A DNA stretch of 64,000 bases. Source: a virus (lineage: Duplodnaviria > Caudoviricetes). This document shows, one piece after another, positions 63,680-64,000 of the stretch. The translations under genes and the position numbers were made by a program. Position 1 is the stretch's first letter, and each line of letters begins with the position of its first letter. The stretch covers positions 8,965-72,964 of IMG/VR virus record IMGVR_UViG_3300046473_000190. One strand, given 5' to 3'. Under the pieces are notes generated by a model. The model was not told where the DNA came from. It searched no databases and saw only the letters and a list, made by a program, of their open reading frames with translations.

Positions 63680-64000
63680 GTGGCTAACACACAGTCGCAG
63701 TACGGATTCGCCCATTTCGGCTATTTGCCTGGGTATGCCGTCGACTATCAATTGACGCAGGTTCCCATCCGTCCGGCCTACTCGACGCAAATCGGGTTTG
63801 GCGATCCGGTCGTCAAAGAAGCAACCAACTCGGCTTTTATCGCCTTGGCGACGCCGACAACCGTCACATCCAACGTCCTGATGGGCATTTTTCAGGGTTG
63901 TTGGTATACGCCAAGCGGTGGTGGCGCACCGATTTACTCGCCATTCTGGCCTGGAGCACAGGGCGGCACGGTCGCAACCGCGTACATCATCAACAGTCCG
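63680..64000 (+). CDS. capsid decoration/stabilising protein preceding major capsid (3'-truncated)
   Basis: GGAG plus GTG; MANTQSQYGF...IGFGDPV...GIFQGCWY...SPFWP, family seen before MCP in such podophages (from memory). Confidence 0.65.
   Translation, partial: MANTQSQYGFAHFGYLPGYAVDYQLTQVPIRPAYSTQIGFGDPVVKEATNSAFIALATPTTVTSNVLMGIFQGCWYTPSGGGAPIYSPFWPGAQGGTVATAYIINSP

Noticed and set aside
1-64000. tRNA genes, integrase/att sites, diversity-generating retroelement
   Set aside because: None recognised by eye; no reverse transcriptase motif seen. A tRNAscan/ARAGORN run would be needed to exclude tRNAs

Overview
The window looks like most of the genome of a tailed, podovirus-type phage or prophage of an alphaproteobacterium (GcrA, DnaA-C domain; gene order recalls HTVC010P-like podophages). 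It starts in the tail region and ends in the gene that normally precedes the major capsid protein. Layout: tail, adaptor and ejection genes (1-21.2 kb); lysis module (22.3-27.6 kb); regulation, methylation and ERF/YqaJ recombination (27.6-36.3 kb); a repeat-built array of tiny early genes behind three copies of a strong sigma70 promoter (36.4-38.6 kb); terminase, portal, GroES and scaffold (38.7-52.1 kb); an 11 kb sugar-nucleotide and glycosyltransferase cluster (52.1-63.0 kb); and a structured leader before the capsid operon. I recognised no integrase, DNA polymerase, primase, tRNA or CRISPR array. Best leads: (1) a possible virion-glycosylation system (GmhA, HldE-like, TPP enzyme pair, radical SAM, GTs, MTases, plus an OGT/SPY-like GT41 among Ser/Thr-rich tail genes); (2) a cassette-like array whose repeat supplies the stop codon of one gene and the RBS of the next, with Acr/Aca-like promoter, operator and HTH layout; (3) a HiPIP-type 4Fe-4S domain on a putative ejection protein, with recurring xxGG motifs suggesting polyprotein processing; (4) four CGC-triloop hairpins ahead of the capsid operon. 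All family assignments come from motif recognition by eye; no database searches were run.
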